Assembly: GCF_000143415.4 (NCBI RefSeq)
Contig: NW_003314261.1
Coordinates: 3,712,880 to 3,776,879, forward strand
DNA: 64,000 bases
Direction: 5' to 3'
From: Selaginella moellendorffii
Lineage: Eukaryota; Plantae; Lycopodiophyta
The translations under genes were made by a program, and so were the position numbers. The stretch's first letter is position 1. Every line of letters begins with the position of its first letter. This document shows positions 25,884 to 36,686 of this stretch, in pieces. The notes under the pieces were generated by a model. It did no database searches. It saw only the letters and a program-made list of their open reading frames with translations, and was not told the DNA's origin.

Positions 25884-27475
25884 TGCATGACACTGGAGAC
25901 AAAACCACCGTTTAACAGCATCGAAATAGCTTCAGAATCTTTACCTTTGACGCGAACGCTTCCTTCCTATCGGGGAGCGCAGCCATTGGGACACTAGAAT
26001 TGTCAAAAACATTGTAAAAGCGCTTGTAGAACTCTGCTCTGTCAAAACCAAAGCCGTAACAACGTTAAATCAACACCATACTGTGATGCTTCAGAAGCAA
26101 TCGAGTTCAAACGTTCTGCAGTGACAGGACTGAGAGCATGCAATACGAGTGCTTGTAGTGAACGAGGAAATGTAGTCTGAAAATGCACGAATTGCTAGCG
26201 ACAAACATAGCATACAGTGCCTGCACTTACCACCATGGTAAGAAAGATTAGACGAAGGCTTCGAGGGCTCGTATTTAGAAACACACTTGCGATAGAATCG
26301 TCCTCACAATTGCCATTGTTCACTGCGACCGCTACGCAGGATAGGATGACGTGAAGTTGTTTTGTTTCTAGTGGACTCAAGCTGTTCACGGTAAGATCTT
26401 GTACTCCTTGTACGTCATCAAGATCACTTTCTATATCCACGTAACGATTCCATCCAAGCATCGATCTCTGTAGAACAATATAAGTAAATTGCATCGACAA
26501 TTGTTGCGTGTTGACCTTTTCGGCGTCCAAAAGACTGGAAAACAAAAGAGAAACTGTGAAAAAGTCAAGAGCAGCATTTGCTTACCTCATTAAAATCCTC
26601 CGCAAGTAATATGCATCCATGGGCGTGTCGAATGCGCAAGATTGTGTAGACGCCCACCAAAAGTTTATGGCTAGAGCAGTACTGTTCGACTGTGTTTTGA
26701 TGCATCTCTAAAGCGTGGATATTTTTGCTAGTCTGGTTCTACAAAGTTCACCTCGCTGCACAGAAACAGGAATAAAAGAAGTGTATCTTTCTCGAAGCTT
26801 CTCCATAAAGTGGTTGAGTACGATAACTGTTACAAAAAGAAAGTACACGAAGAAAATATGATACCATGCAGATGTCATTCCAGAGAAGCGAGAGGAGGTT
26901 TCTCGGTTGAGCCTTTCACGCGTATAGGAACCTGCAGTGAAATCTTTAATATCAGCAACACGAACAACAAGAGTAAATCATAACCTGTGCCAGATAAAAG
27001 TGATCGTTGTGCTCTCCAGGTGACAAAACAATGTCTAGATATTCTCTCAAAGGCAACGCCACCTAAGGAAGAACAAGTTAAGAACGAAAGAGAAGAAATC
27101 AAAGAAAAAATACAAACTTATTCATGGCTTCTAATATCACTGAAGAACGTAGAGCCATCAGAACCTGACTCGATCCGACCGCTGCCAACGGCTGGATCGA
27201 GTTAACGGGCGAGCCACAGCCCGTTGAGTTTGATTGCTGCTCACCATTGCTTACACTAGAGGTTTTCCTACGATTTCCTTGAGAAGAGGTCTAATCCCTG
27301 CTCTAGAACACGAAAATCCTCACCTTAAGATGCTCGACACCGCCAGTGGCTGGATTCCACCGCTCAAATGCGGGCCATTGCCGCAGAATCCCTGGAAAAA
27401 CCTGCCAGAAGGCTTACTTCGAGCTTCCATCTCCCGGAAGTCGTCCCTCGACGGTGGGCGCCAAATTTCCTCCAA
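25884..27475 (-). pseudogene. JMJ31-like pseudogene (copy B)
   Basis: Paralogous to 20810-22724, but the HYD and WFHQ catalytic segments are deleted and an ~80 bp insertion sits in an exon. Confidence 0.9.
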
Positions 27476-27531
27476 AGCCAAATGTTAAAGATGAACCCTA
27501 CCTAGGAGGTAAGAGGATTTTGGGCTAGTAT

Positions 27532-29835
27532 ATGCGGCAATGCCAGCGCTTGTCCTGCCGATTGATCGCCACCAGAAGCAAGAGCTCGATCACATTGCGG
27601 CAGGAGCAAGAATTCGTCCAGCTAGTGCGTTCTTGCACCGCTTCCAGGGATATTTCGCGCGGGCGGCGCGTGCACGCCCAGATCTGGAGCCATGGCCTCT
27701 CCACCGACGTCTTCCTCTGCAATGCGCTGCTCCACATGTATGGCGAATGCGGCAGCGTCGGCGAGGCCCGGGAGATCTTCGACGGCATGGACGATCACAG
27801 CAAGAACAGGTTCTCCTGGATCACAATGCTCACCGTCTACGCGCACAACGGGAGGCCCTGGGACGCCAAGAATCTCTTCGATCGCATCCCCGGCGGAAGA
27901 GATTCCGTGGCGTGGAGTTGCCTTATCGGCGCATTTGTCAAGATCGGGGATCTTGAGCACGCAAGGCGTGTCTTTGATCTCCTCCCGCGCTGGACAGTCG
28001 TCACATCCACGGCAATCCTCGTGGCGCTGGCGAAGCGTGGCAAGGCCGAGAACGCCAGAGCGATGTTCTTGGCGATGCCGGAGAGAGATCTCGTTGCCTG
28101 GAACGCGATGATCACCGCATATGCCCAGAATGGGAATCTCCAGGTAGCGCAAGCAATGTTCTTCCGGATGCCAGCCAGGAACTTCGTCTCCTGGAACGCG
28201 ATCATCGACGGATGCGCGCAGGGCCAGGATGAAGCGCTGGCCAAGAAGGTGTTCGATTCGATGCCCCAGCGAGAGGTGGTGTCATGGACGGCGATGGTAG
28301 CAACATATAGCCAGAGCGGGCGATTGGAGGAAGCGCAAGCTCTCCTCTCCAAGATGCCAGCCTTGAACATCGTCTCTTGGAACGTGATGATCCAGGCGTT
28401 CGCGGACAATCTCCTGGTGGAGGAGGCCAAGGAGCGCTTCGATCGAGCGCCCGAGCACGACTTCGTGTCTTGGAACGCGATCATCACGGCCTACGCGCAG
28501 ACCAGCCAGATCTTCCTCGCGAGAGCGGCCTTCGATCGAATGCCCCAGCGCGACGTGGTATCCTGGGCGACGATGATCCAGTCGTATGCCCAGGAGGGGC
28601 AGCCCAGCATGGATCAGGCGAAGGAGATATTCGACAGGGCGCCGCAGAGGAACGTCGTCTCCTGGAACGTGATGATCACGGGCTACTCGGCGAGCGGCCG
28701 GATCAAGCAGTCCCGGGGGCTGTTTGAGAGGATGCCAATGTGGAATCTCATCTCCTGGACGAACGTGATCGTGGCGTGCACGGTGGCCGGCGAGATCGAC
28801 GCCGCCAGGAGGGAATTCGCCGCCATCCCGGATCAAGCCACCGACCTCCAGTGCTCCACCTCGATGCTCTCCGCGAATGCCAGCGACGGGCAGCTCGATA
28901 GAGCCAAGGCTGTCTTCGACACGATGCCGCAGAAGGACGTGATCTCCTGGGCGGCGCTTGTCGCCGGCTACCTCCAGAACCAGCAGCTCGCGGAGGCCAA
29001 GCGCGTCTTCGATCGGATGCCCGCCACCAATGCCGTGTGCTGCAACACGGTGATGGCCTCCTTCGCCAGCGCCGATCGGATGCCCGAGACGCGATCGCTC
29101 TTCGACCGGATGCCCGAGAGGACGCTCGCCTCCTGGTCGACGATGCTGGGCGGCTATGCCCAGTCGGGGCACACCGCCTCCGCCAAGAGCTTCTTCGATC
29201 GAATGCCGCAGAGGGACGTGATCGCCTGGAACTGCATTGTGGTGTCCTACGCTCGCAATGGTCACGTCCGCGAGGCCCGCGCGATCTTCTCCGCCATGCC
29301 CGAGCACGACGAGGTCTCCTGGACAGTGGCGATCGCGGCGTGCGCTCACAATGGCTACCTCGAGCAGGGGCTGGAGCTCCTGAGCTACATGCTCCTGGCA
29401 GGGATCTCTCCCGACGACGTGACTTTCCTCTCGATCCTCGCGGGTTGCAGCCATCTCGGGGAGCTCTCCAGGGGGGGAGAGTTCTTCCGGAGGATGGTCG
29501 GGGATTTCTTCCACGATCCGAACCGGGAGCACTACTCGAGCGTAGTGGACATGCTGGGGCGTCTCAAGCTGCTGGATCAAGCGCGGGAGCTGATCGATAC
29601 CATGCCTTTCGTCCCGGACGCGGTGGCGTGGACGGCCTTGCTGACGGCGTGTAAGCAGCACAGTGACACTCAGGGGAGCTTGCGAGCCGCGGAGATGGTC
29701 TCGCGCCTGGCGCCCAGGAGTGGATCGTCCTACGTCTTGCTCTCCAACGCATTCGCGAGTGGAATCGCTAGCCGCGGGGAGCTGGTTTCCAAGATTGATG
29801 ATCACGACCCGCTGGAAGCATTCGATTGTTCTTGA
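27532..29835 (+). CDS. PLS-class PPR protein with long run of short (S/SS) motifs and truncated E domain, no DYW
   Basis: About 18 repeats of (F/L)DRMP.RDVVSW..MI.AYAQ.G; EHYSSVVDMLGRL, WTALLTACK, YVLLSN; intronless, 767 aa. Confidence 0.95.
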   Translation: MRQCQRLSCRLIATRSKSSITLRQEQEFVQLVRSCTASRDISRGRRVHAQIWSHGLSTDVFLCNALLHMYGECGSVGEAREIFDGMDDHSKNRFSWITMLTVYAHNGRPWDAKNLFDRIPGGRDSVAWSCLIGAFVKIGDLEHARRVFDLLPRWTVVTSTAILVALAKRGKAENARAMFLAMPERDLVAWNAMITAYAQNGNLQVAQAMFFRMPARNFVSWNAIIDGCAQGQDEALAKKVFDSMPQREVVSWTAMVATYSQSGRLEEAQALLSKMPALNIVSWNVMIQAFADNLLVEEAKERFDRAPEHDFVSWNAIITAYAQTSQIFLARAAFDRMPQRDVVSWATMIQSYAQEGQPSMDQAKEIFDRAPQRNVVSWNVMITGYSASGRIKQSRGLFERMPMWNLISWTNVIVACTVAGEIDAARREFAAIPDQATDLQCSTSMLSANASDGQLDRAKAVFDTMPQKDVISWAALVAGYLQNQQLAEAKRVFDRMPATNAVCCNTVMASFASADRMPETRSLFDRMPERTLASWSTMLGGYAQSGHTASAKSFFDRMPQRDVIAWNCIVVSYARNGHVREARAIFSAMPEHDEVSWTVAIAACAHNGYLEQGLELLSYMLLAGISPDDVTFLSILAGCSHLGELSRGGEFFRRMVGDFFHDPNREHYSSVVDMLGRLKLLDQARELIDTMPFVPDAVAWTALLTACKQHSDTQGSLRAAEMVSRLAPRSGSSYVLLSNAFASGIASRGELVSKIDDHDPLEAFDCS

Positions 29836-29945
29836 GGGCGCTCGCTCGAATTTCTCACTGATCGACGAGTTCTCTGGAGTTCGTTTCATTGGAAACACTC
29901 TTACCAATCAATTATCGAAACAAGATCGATCGATCGAAGCCCATG

Positions 29946-31442
29946 TCACTCATCGATTATCAAATTGGCCACACAGGCCCGAGCCCCAGCATTGACGAGC
30001 GTGCGCACCATCCCGCCGTGCTCCAGCGCCAGCGCCATATCCAGCGCGCTCAATCCCTCCCGCGTCACACCATTGATCTCGATCATCTCGCAGCCTACCA
30101 AGATCTTCACCACTTCCCGGTGCCCGGATTCCACCGCGCAATGCAGCGCACTGTAACCCTGCTCATCGATCGCGCACGCCTCCTCCTTGCTCTGGCAGCT
30201 CTCCAGCAGCCGCTTGACGATCTCAGCATGGCCTTTGAATGCCGCGCAGTGGAGAGCAGTCCATCCATACCGATCGCAAGCATTCACAGCGGCGCCACGC
30301 TTGAGACATCTCCTCACGCCCCGCAAATCGCCCGACCAGGCGGCGTTGCGGAGGAGCTCTTCGAGATCATCCCCTACCGGCGCCGGCGAGGCCACATTCC
30401 CTGGAACCTGGAGTAGGGCAAACAAACTCTCCTGCCCTAACTCAACGGCCTCATCGTAGGCCGTCCGTCCATTCCAATCGACGGCTCCCCGATCGGCGCC
30501 ACATTTGATGAGGAGCTTGGCTATGGCGACGTTGTTGCCCTGCGTCGCCGCGAGGTGGAGCGCCGTCTTCCCGTCCACCGTTCTAGCGCTCACATCGGCG
30601 CCGCTCTGTGCCAGGATCTGGACGCTATCGGCGTTGCCGCCGATCGCCGCTAGATGCAGCGCTGTTCTCCCGTCGCCGATTGGGGCATTCACGTCGCAGA
30701 TCTTGCTCAGCACCCCTAGCGGCTCCAGGGATCCACTGCTCGCGGCGTGATGGATCGGGCGCCAGCCGCTGGAATCCGCGCGCTCCGGATCGGCGCCGCG
30801 CGCGAGCAGCATCTCCAATATTACGGTGTGGCCGACCATCGCCGCGCAGTGGAGCGGGGTGTGGCCGTCGGCGTTCATCGTCTTGGAATCCACGCGAGCG
30901 CCGAATTCTAGCAGGAGCTGGACCATGTCGGGGCGCCGGCTCTGGATCGCGAGGTGGAGCGCCGTCAATCCCTGCGTGTTCCAGGTATCCGGATTGGTGC
31001 CGCTCTCAAGAACCTGGCGGGCCTCGTCCATGGCGCCGCGGATTATCGCATCGCGCAGCACGATCCCGCCGATAATCCGGACCTTGAGGCTCTCATCGGT
31101 GTAGACGACGCGCTTCTGGGGTGTGAACCACTCCTTGGATTTCCCAGCGCCGGCGACCACCACGGATTTCACCTCGAATCCATCCACGCTGAAGAACCGC
31201 GACGAGGAGGAGCTAGGGAGGAGCGAGATTTCCAGATTGACGCCTCCCAGCGGCGGGATCATCCCCAGCGAGGGCTTGACGCTGTATTTGCTGGCGACCA
31301 TGGGCTGGACCTTGAATGCCACGGGCATGGTGTGGAGGACGCTGTGGAGGTGGACAGTGGCCGTGTGGGACGAAGATCCATCGATGTGGTCCTCGAGATG
31401 GAGCCTTACCTCTGTGGGATCGACGACCACCAGCCGATCCAT
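29946..31442 (-). CDS. VPY: VAPYRIN-type protein (N-terminal MSP/VAP domain + ankyrin repeats)
   Basis: MDRLVVVDP...LHTMPVAFKVQP...YSVKPSLGMIPPL matches the VAPYRIN MSP domain; followed by ~9 ankyrin repeats (GLTALHLA, GHTPLHCA, GRTALHLA, GWTALHCAAFKGH). Confidence 0.88.
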   Translation of the reverse strand: MDRLVVVDPTEVRLHLEDHIDGSSSHTATVHLHSVLHTMPVAFKVQPMVASKYSVKPSLGMIPPLGGVNLEISLLPSSSSSRFFSVDGFEVKSVVVAGAGKSKEWFTPQKRVVYTDESLKVRIIGGIVLRDAIIRGAMDEARQVLESGTNPDTWNTQGLTALHLAIQSRRPDMVQLLLEFGARVDSKTMNADGHTPLHCAAMVGHTVILEMLLARGADPERADSSGWRPIHHAASSGSLEPLGVLSKICDVNAPIGDGRTALHLAAIGGNADSVQILAQSGADVSARTVDGKTALHLAATQGNNVAIAKLLIKCGADRGAVDWNGRTAYDEAVELGQESLFALLQVPGNVASPAPVGDDLEELLRNAAWSGDLRGVRRCLKRGAAVNACDRYGWTALHCAAFKGHAEIVKRLLESCQSKEEACAIDEQGYSALHCAVESGHREVVKILVGCEMIEINGVTREGLSALDMALALEHGGMVRTLVNAGARACVANLIIDE

Positions 31443-31635
31443 GGCGCGATTGATCCCTTGAAGCGTGAGAATCATCCAGGGCAAGAGGACTCGCTGTCAA
31501 GCCTTGGGATTCATGGCGCGATGCGAGCGAAGACGACACAAGGGGGCGATATTGCAAATGCATAGCTTCGTAAATTAGGGTTCTTCGCAAAGGCGGGAAC
31601 TTTGGGCTAGGGCTTTTGGGCGGAGGCGATGGAGA

Positions 31636-33747
31636 ATGCTACGATCCAGCCAGGCGATGGCGTCGCCAGGCGCCGGGAAGGTATCCCTCTCCTCGCTGCT
31701 CAGCGCATTGAAATCCTGCGGCAGCTCCAGGGACTTGGAGCGAGGGAAGATCCTCCACTCTCGCGCGCTCGACTCCGGCTATGCCTCGAACACTCTCGTC
31801 GCCACAGCGCTCCTCCACATGTACGCCAAATGCGGCGCCATGGCCAGCGCTCACGCGATCTTCCAGGCGATGCGCTCCCACGACGTGGTCAGCTGGACAG
31901 CGCTCATCCTTGGCTACGCCGACAATGGCCGCGGCCATGTGGCGCTCGATCTCTTTTCTGCAATGCGGCGCAGTGGCTGTGATCCAAACGCCAGGACGTT
32001 TGTAGCGGTGATCCTGGCGTGCTCGAGCATGGCAGCGGTGGACCGACCCATGGCGATCGAGAAGGGGCGATGGATCCACGAGCAGGCGGCCCAGCACGGC
32101 TTCGACACGGATAGATTTGTCGGGAACACGCTGGTGGACATGTACGCGAAGTTTGGAAGCATGGCCGACGCTGCCAAGGCTTTCGATCGAATGCCACAGC
32201 GAGACGTGGTGGCATGGACGTCACTGATGCTCGGCTACGCGGCCGCCGGCGAGGGGGAGCTTGTTCTCGAGCTCTTCTCGCGGATAAGATCGCAAGGCTG
32301 TGCTCCGGATCGCCTGTGCTTCACTGCTGCTCTCACGGCATGCTCGATCGTCGCTGGGAAAGAAACTGGCAAAAGAATCCCAGTGCCAGAAGCTCATCCA
32401 GCGATGGTGGTGAAGCTCGAGAGCTTGCGAAAGGTGATGGAGATTCACTCCCAGGCCGCTACCTCCGGGAAGAACTTCGACGTGTGCCTGAGCAACACGC
32501 TGGTGGATGCCTACTCCAAATCCGGGAGCTTGCTGGATGCTCGCCGCGTCTTCGATCGGATGCCTCGCCACGACGTTGTCTCGTTCACGGCACTGATGCT
32601 CGGAGCGGTGGAGGGCGATCGAGCGGAGACTGCCCTCGAGCTCCTTGGATCGATGAGAGCACGGGGCTGCGAGCCCAATGCAAGAACTTTCGTGGCGGGA
32701 CTGATGGCGTGCACCAACTTGGCAGCCAAAGAAGAAGCTCGGTTGGAAATACTCCCGGATGGTACAAGGATGGCGTTCAAGCTCGCGAGCCTGGAGAGAG
32801 GAATGGAGCTCCACTCGCAGGCCGCCAAGGAACGATACGACGTCACGGACATGTTCGTGGGGAACACGCTGGTGGATTTCTACTCCAAGTGCGGCAGCCT
32901 CCAGGACGCGACGAAAGCTTTCGACAGGATGGCGGAGCATGATCTGGTCTCTTGGAACGCCTTGATCGCGGGGCACCTGGACAACGGCCTGGACGAGCGA
33001 GCGCTGCAGCTCTTCCTCGAGATGGACCGCCGAGGCTGCTCGCCGGATCCAGCCTCGTACACCTCGGCCCTCGCGGCCTGTGCCGGGCTCGCGTCTCTGG
33101 GAGCCGCGCGAGACATCCACTGGCGACTCTGCAAGGCCGGGCTGGAGACTGACGCCTTCGTCCACAACGCGCTGGTCGACTTCTACGGCAAGTCCGGCAG
33201 GATGGCCGACGCCGAGCTCGTCTTCCAGTCCCTGGCGAGCGTCGACGTTGTGACTTGGAACGCGCTGGCCGCGGGGCTTAGCCGCCAGGGGAGCTACCGC
33301 CTGGTGGTGGATCTCTTGTGGGCGATCAAGGACCAAGGCCTGGAACCCGACGGTATCACTTTCCTGGCGCTTCTCGCGGCCTACGGCCATGCCGGGCTGG
33401 TCGACCATGGACGCCGGGCCTTCGCCGCTATGGTGGAGACTTACCGGATAGAGCCGGGCATCGAGCACTACCACTGCCTGGTGGACATGCTGGGGAGAGC
33501 GAACCGGCTCGAGGAAGCCGTGGCGGTGGTGTCGGCAATGCCGCACAGGCCGAGCTCCGTGACTTGGACGACCGTGCTGAGCGCCTGCGTCAAGTGGAAG
33601 AACTTGGGCGTCGCGAGCGTGGCGTTTGAGTCGCTGCTGGGGATTGATCCGGACGGGCCAGCGGCGTACGTGTTGATGGCGAACGTCTATGGCAGCGCTG
33701 GGATGGCGGAGGAGGAGGCCAAGCTTCTAGAGCACGTAAGACGATGA
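31636..33747 (+). CDS. PLS-E class PPR protein, no DYW
   Basis: TALLHMYAKCG, NTLVDMYAKFG, RDVVAWTSLM, EHYHCLVDMLGRA, AAYVLMANVY; intronless, 703 aa. Confidence 0.95.
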   Translation: MLRSSQAMASPGAGKVSLSSLLSALKSCGSSRDLERGKILHSRALDSGYASNTLVATALLHMYAKCGAMASAHAIFQAMRSHDVVSWTALILGYADNGRGHVALDLFSAMRRSGCDPNARTFVAVILACSSMAAVDRPMAIEKGRWIHEQAAQHGFDTDRFVGNTLVDMYAKFGSMADAAKAFDRMPQRDVVAWTSLMLGYAAAGEGELVLELFSRIRSQGCAPDRLCFTAALTACSIVAGKETGKRIPVPEAHPAMVVKLESLRKVMEIHSQAATSGKNFDVCLSNTLVDAYSKSGSLLDARRVFDRMPRHDVVSFTALMLGAVEGDRAETALELLGSMRARGCEPNARTFVAGLMACTNLAAKEEARLEILPDGTRMAFKLASLERGMELHSQAAKERYDVTDMFVGNTLVDFYSKCGSLQDATKAFDRMAEHDLVSWNALIAGHLDNGLDERALQLFLEMDRRGCSPDPASYTSALAACAGLASLGAARDIHWRLCKAGLETDAFVHNALVDFYGKSGRMADAELVFQSLASVDVVTWNALAAGLSRQGSYRLVVDLLWAIKDQGLEPDGITFLALLAAYGHAGLVDHGRRAFAAMVETYRIEPGIEHYHCLVDMLGRANRLEEAVAVVSAMPHRPSSVTWTTVLSACVKWKNLGVASVAFESLLGIDPDGPAAYVLMANVYGSAGMAEEEAKLLEHVRR

Positions 33748-33749
33748 AG

Positions 33750-34087
33750 ATCTTGTTATCTAACTCCAGGGACACCGGTCGAAGCATCGATACATTAGTA
33801 CGCTGTTAGAGAACTCCACAAGATCTATGAAACAAAACATTGATCGATTGATACATTAGGATAGGAAGAACAAGAGGAGCTCTTCGAGATCTTCCACAAG
33901 ATCTTCTAACTCCAGGAGAGTCGTAGTCAAGAGAAACAAAACATATTGATACATTAGTAAGGTGCCCTTCGAGAAGAACAAGAGGAGCTCTTCGAGATCT
34001 TCCACAAGATCTTCTAACTCCAGGAGAGTCGTAGTCAAGAGAAACAAAACATATTGATACATTAGTAAGGTGCCCTTCGAGAAGAAC
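33750..34087. repeat. 108-bp tandem repeat (2 near-perfect units + degenerate unit)
   Basis: gaagaacaagaggagctcttcgagatc... at 33865 and 33973, partial at 34081; related degenerate sequence at 33750-33860. Confidence 0.9.
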
Positions 34088-34351
34088 TTAACTCTGTAAC
34101 TCGGCTTTTCCTCGCTGAAAGAAAAGAGAGAAGTTACATGCTTGTGACAAAATAGTGAAACTTACTTGAAGCTATAGTCTTGCATTAGTCGAGAAGTGAA
34201 TTTTCTTTTTCTTTAGCTACATAGCTCTGCCTTAAACAAGAGTCCCATCAAACACCGTCCCGCCCAAGAGAAGAACAAGAAAAAAACTTACAATCATCCT
34301 CAAGTGATCGCCACTGCCACTCCAATCCATTCCACATCCAATCCTTCCTTT

Positions 34352-35056
34352 TCACTGCGGTGGAGGCTGCATAACCGGCGGCCTCCCAGGGAACACCGGC
34401 GGCCCTCCAGGCCTGGGCGGCGCACCTCCAGCGAAATTGGGCGGCGGCATCCCGGGCCGCGGCGGCGCTCCCATGGCTGGCGGCGGACCCCCGGGCCGCA
34501 TCATCGGCGGAGGAACCATCGGCCGCTGCCCAAACGGCGCCATCCCCGGCCGGATCACCCCCGGGGTCATGGGCGGCGGCCGCTGTGGAGGAGGATACGT
34601 CACCGGCCCCGCCGAGACCGTGGGTGGCGGCCGCATCAGACCGGGAGCTGGGCCGCCCACGCCCCGCCCAGGCCCCGCTAGCCCCGGCTGCGCCGCCATG
34701 GGCATCGGCATCCCCCGCCCGGCCGCGCGCCCCATTCCTTGCCCTGGCGGCGCGATCCCCGCCCCCTTGGACTGCTCCTGTGGCGGCGGCCCCTCCACTG
34801 TCATGGACACTACCTCCTCGCCGCGCAGGAGGATCAGGCCGAGCGTCCGCCGATCCTCTCGCTCCTCGCCGCCCTGCTGCTTGCCCGCGCCCTTCTTGGG
34901 CGGTAGCCGCCGGAACTCCTCCGTGTCGCCCAGCACGAAGTTCATGTGGCGATCGAAGGCCATGAACTTGCCCACCAGCTGCCGCCCGTCCTGGATCGTT
35001 ACCCGCATCCTGTAGTTGATGTAGTTGAGCATCTTGGAGCTCTTGGAGAGCGACAT
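34352..35056 (-). CDS. SmB: Small nuclear ribonucleoprotein-associated protein B (SmB), intronless
   Basis: [39 protein letters not shown]...[24 protein letters not shown] followed by a Pro/Gly-rich tail. Confidence 0.97.
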   Translation of the reverse strand: MSLSKSSKMLNYINYRMRVTIQDGRQLVGKFMAFDRHMNFVLGDTEEFRRLPPKKGAGKQQGGEEREDRRTLGLILLRGEEVVSMTVEGPPPQEQSKGAGIAPPGQGMGRAAGRGMPMPMAAQPGLAGPGRGVGGPAPGLMRPPPTVSAGPVTYPPPQRPPPMTPGVIRPGMAPFGQRPMVPPPMMRPGGPPPAMGAPPRPGMPPPNFAGGAPPRPGGPPVFPGRPPVMQPPPQ

Positions 35057-35281
35057 CGTGGCCGGGAGCGCGGTGCGCCAAGAAACCTAGCCCAAGAACC
35101 CTAAAACGCTAGCAATGAAAGAGCCCTAAAAACCTAAGAGCCATATATAAAGAGGTTCTAAGCAAGATCGCCGCCGTCCACGGAGCCCTGCATCCAAGGG
35201 CTGAGAGAAGTCTCTCTCTCTCGACATCAAAGTTTCAAGCGTTTGAGATTCTTTTGATGCGAGTGAGATCACATGAGATTT

Positions 35282-36686
35282 CTAGAGCGATGCCAGCTGC
35301 TGCACGCTGATGGGATCATTGAATTCCTGGCCTCCAAAATACGTGAAATTCGCGACGATGTTGTTGGCCCTCGCGGTGGTGTGGAAGGAATCAAAGAAAA
35401 TGCGCTGGTCGTAGTCCCGGCAAGATGGAAAGTGAGGCAGGCATTGAATCAAACCATTGTACCGTCCTTTGCCGCAGCACGCAATCGAGTTGAATGTAAA
35501 CCCTGAGATGGAAGAGAAGAACTTGTGAGAAGAACAGAGTTTCGAATCTGGGGTGGTTTATACCGAAATTCGAGGGATTGTCGTAGATTGTGGTGACTTC
35601 CTTATACGAATCCGTGTGGACGATTTCCAGCCCCGAGAGCGTCTTGCGCAGCTTCTGGATCAAAGGCTTGAATTCCTTGTTGAAATTGATGGCGAAGTCG
35701 TTGACAAACTGGATGCATTCCCCGTTCTTGCTGCCGTAGAATGCGAGCGAGCGAGGGATGCAGCCAATCGGCGGGATGTTGAAGGCGATGAGCTTGCGCA
35801 CACCAATATCGTAGAGCCTCTGCGAGGAAGAGTTTAATCTTTTGGAAGCCAGTGTGGTTTGCGAGAGATCTATGTGAGATGAATCGTTTGGCACACAAAC
35901 CTTTACTTGTTCCGCGTATGTGGAGATGAGAAGGTCCTGGAACTGTTTCGGGGGGAGCTTGGCCTCCTTGGTGGCCTTGAAGAGATAATTGTTGATGTAA
36001 TCGTTGCTGCCAACGATGGTGGCGACGATGGAGCTCGCGATCAAGTTCTCCGCCGCCCCAGGCCCGATGACACCAGCAATCTGTTTCTTCACCTTCGCCA
36101 ATTGCGTGACTTGCTCCGACAGTGGAATCCTCCCAACCTGTGATTGTATGTCCAGGAAAAAGAACTTGGATCAGTGGGAGAATTCACAACTTTGGAAAGA
36201 GAGAAATGGATCGAATTTACAAAGATGTTTCCGGTGGCGTCGATGATTCCGCAGCCCGCGGAAGCGAAATTGACGCCTTGGAGATAATTCACGGCAGTCA
36301 GTGATGGATCCAGGAATGCCGGAGGGAGTGGAAGTCCAAGCAATGCAGCTGAAAAAACCAAGAAAACGACATAGATTTCATGAATCTCTTGGGGAAAAAA
36401 TAAAATAAAAAACAGAGGAAGAGAGAAAGAAGATCTTGCCGAGCCAATCCGCGGAAGTGCGACCGTTTGTGAATCTCCCGGTCGGCATTCTCGTGTCGAA
36501 CTGCATGCCATACGGGGGGAAATTGCTCTTGGCGATCGTGACAATGTAATTGTTGTTGCCGGGATCCACGAGCGAGTCTCCGATCACGAAAAACGCAGGA
36601 ACTTGGGCCGCCTTACAAAATCCTGGAAATCGGGAGAAAAGCGTCAATTGCAGGGCGATCAAGAGCAGGAAAAGCTGCTGAGCCAT
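35282..36686 (-). CDS. GDSL esterase/lipase (5 exons)
   Basis: Signal peptide; [59 protein letters not shown]. Confidence 0.95.

Noticed and set aside
28282-29907. 541-aa antisense ORF (also 32221-33546, 42147-43199, 53211-54074)
   Set aside because: Shadow ORFs opposite GC-rich PPR/YUCCA coding sequence; no domain-like content.
33856-34062. 68-aa repeated ORF
   Set aside because: By-product of the 108-bp tandem repeat.
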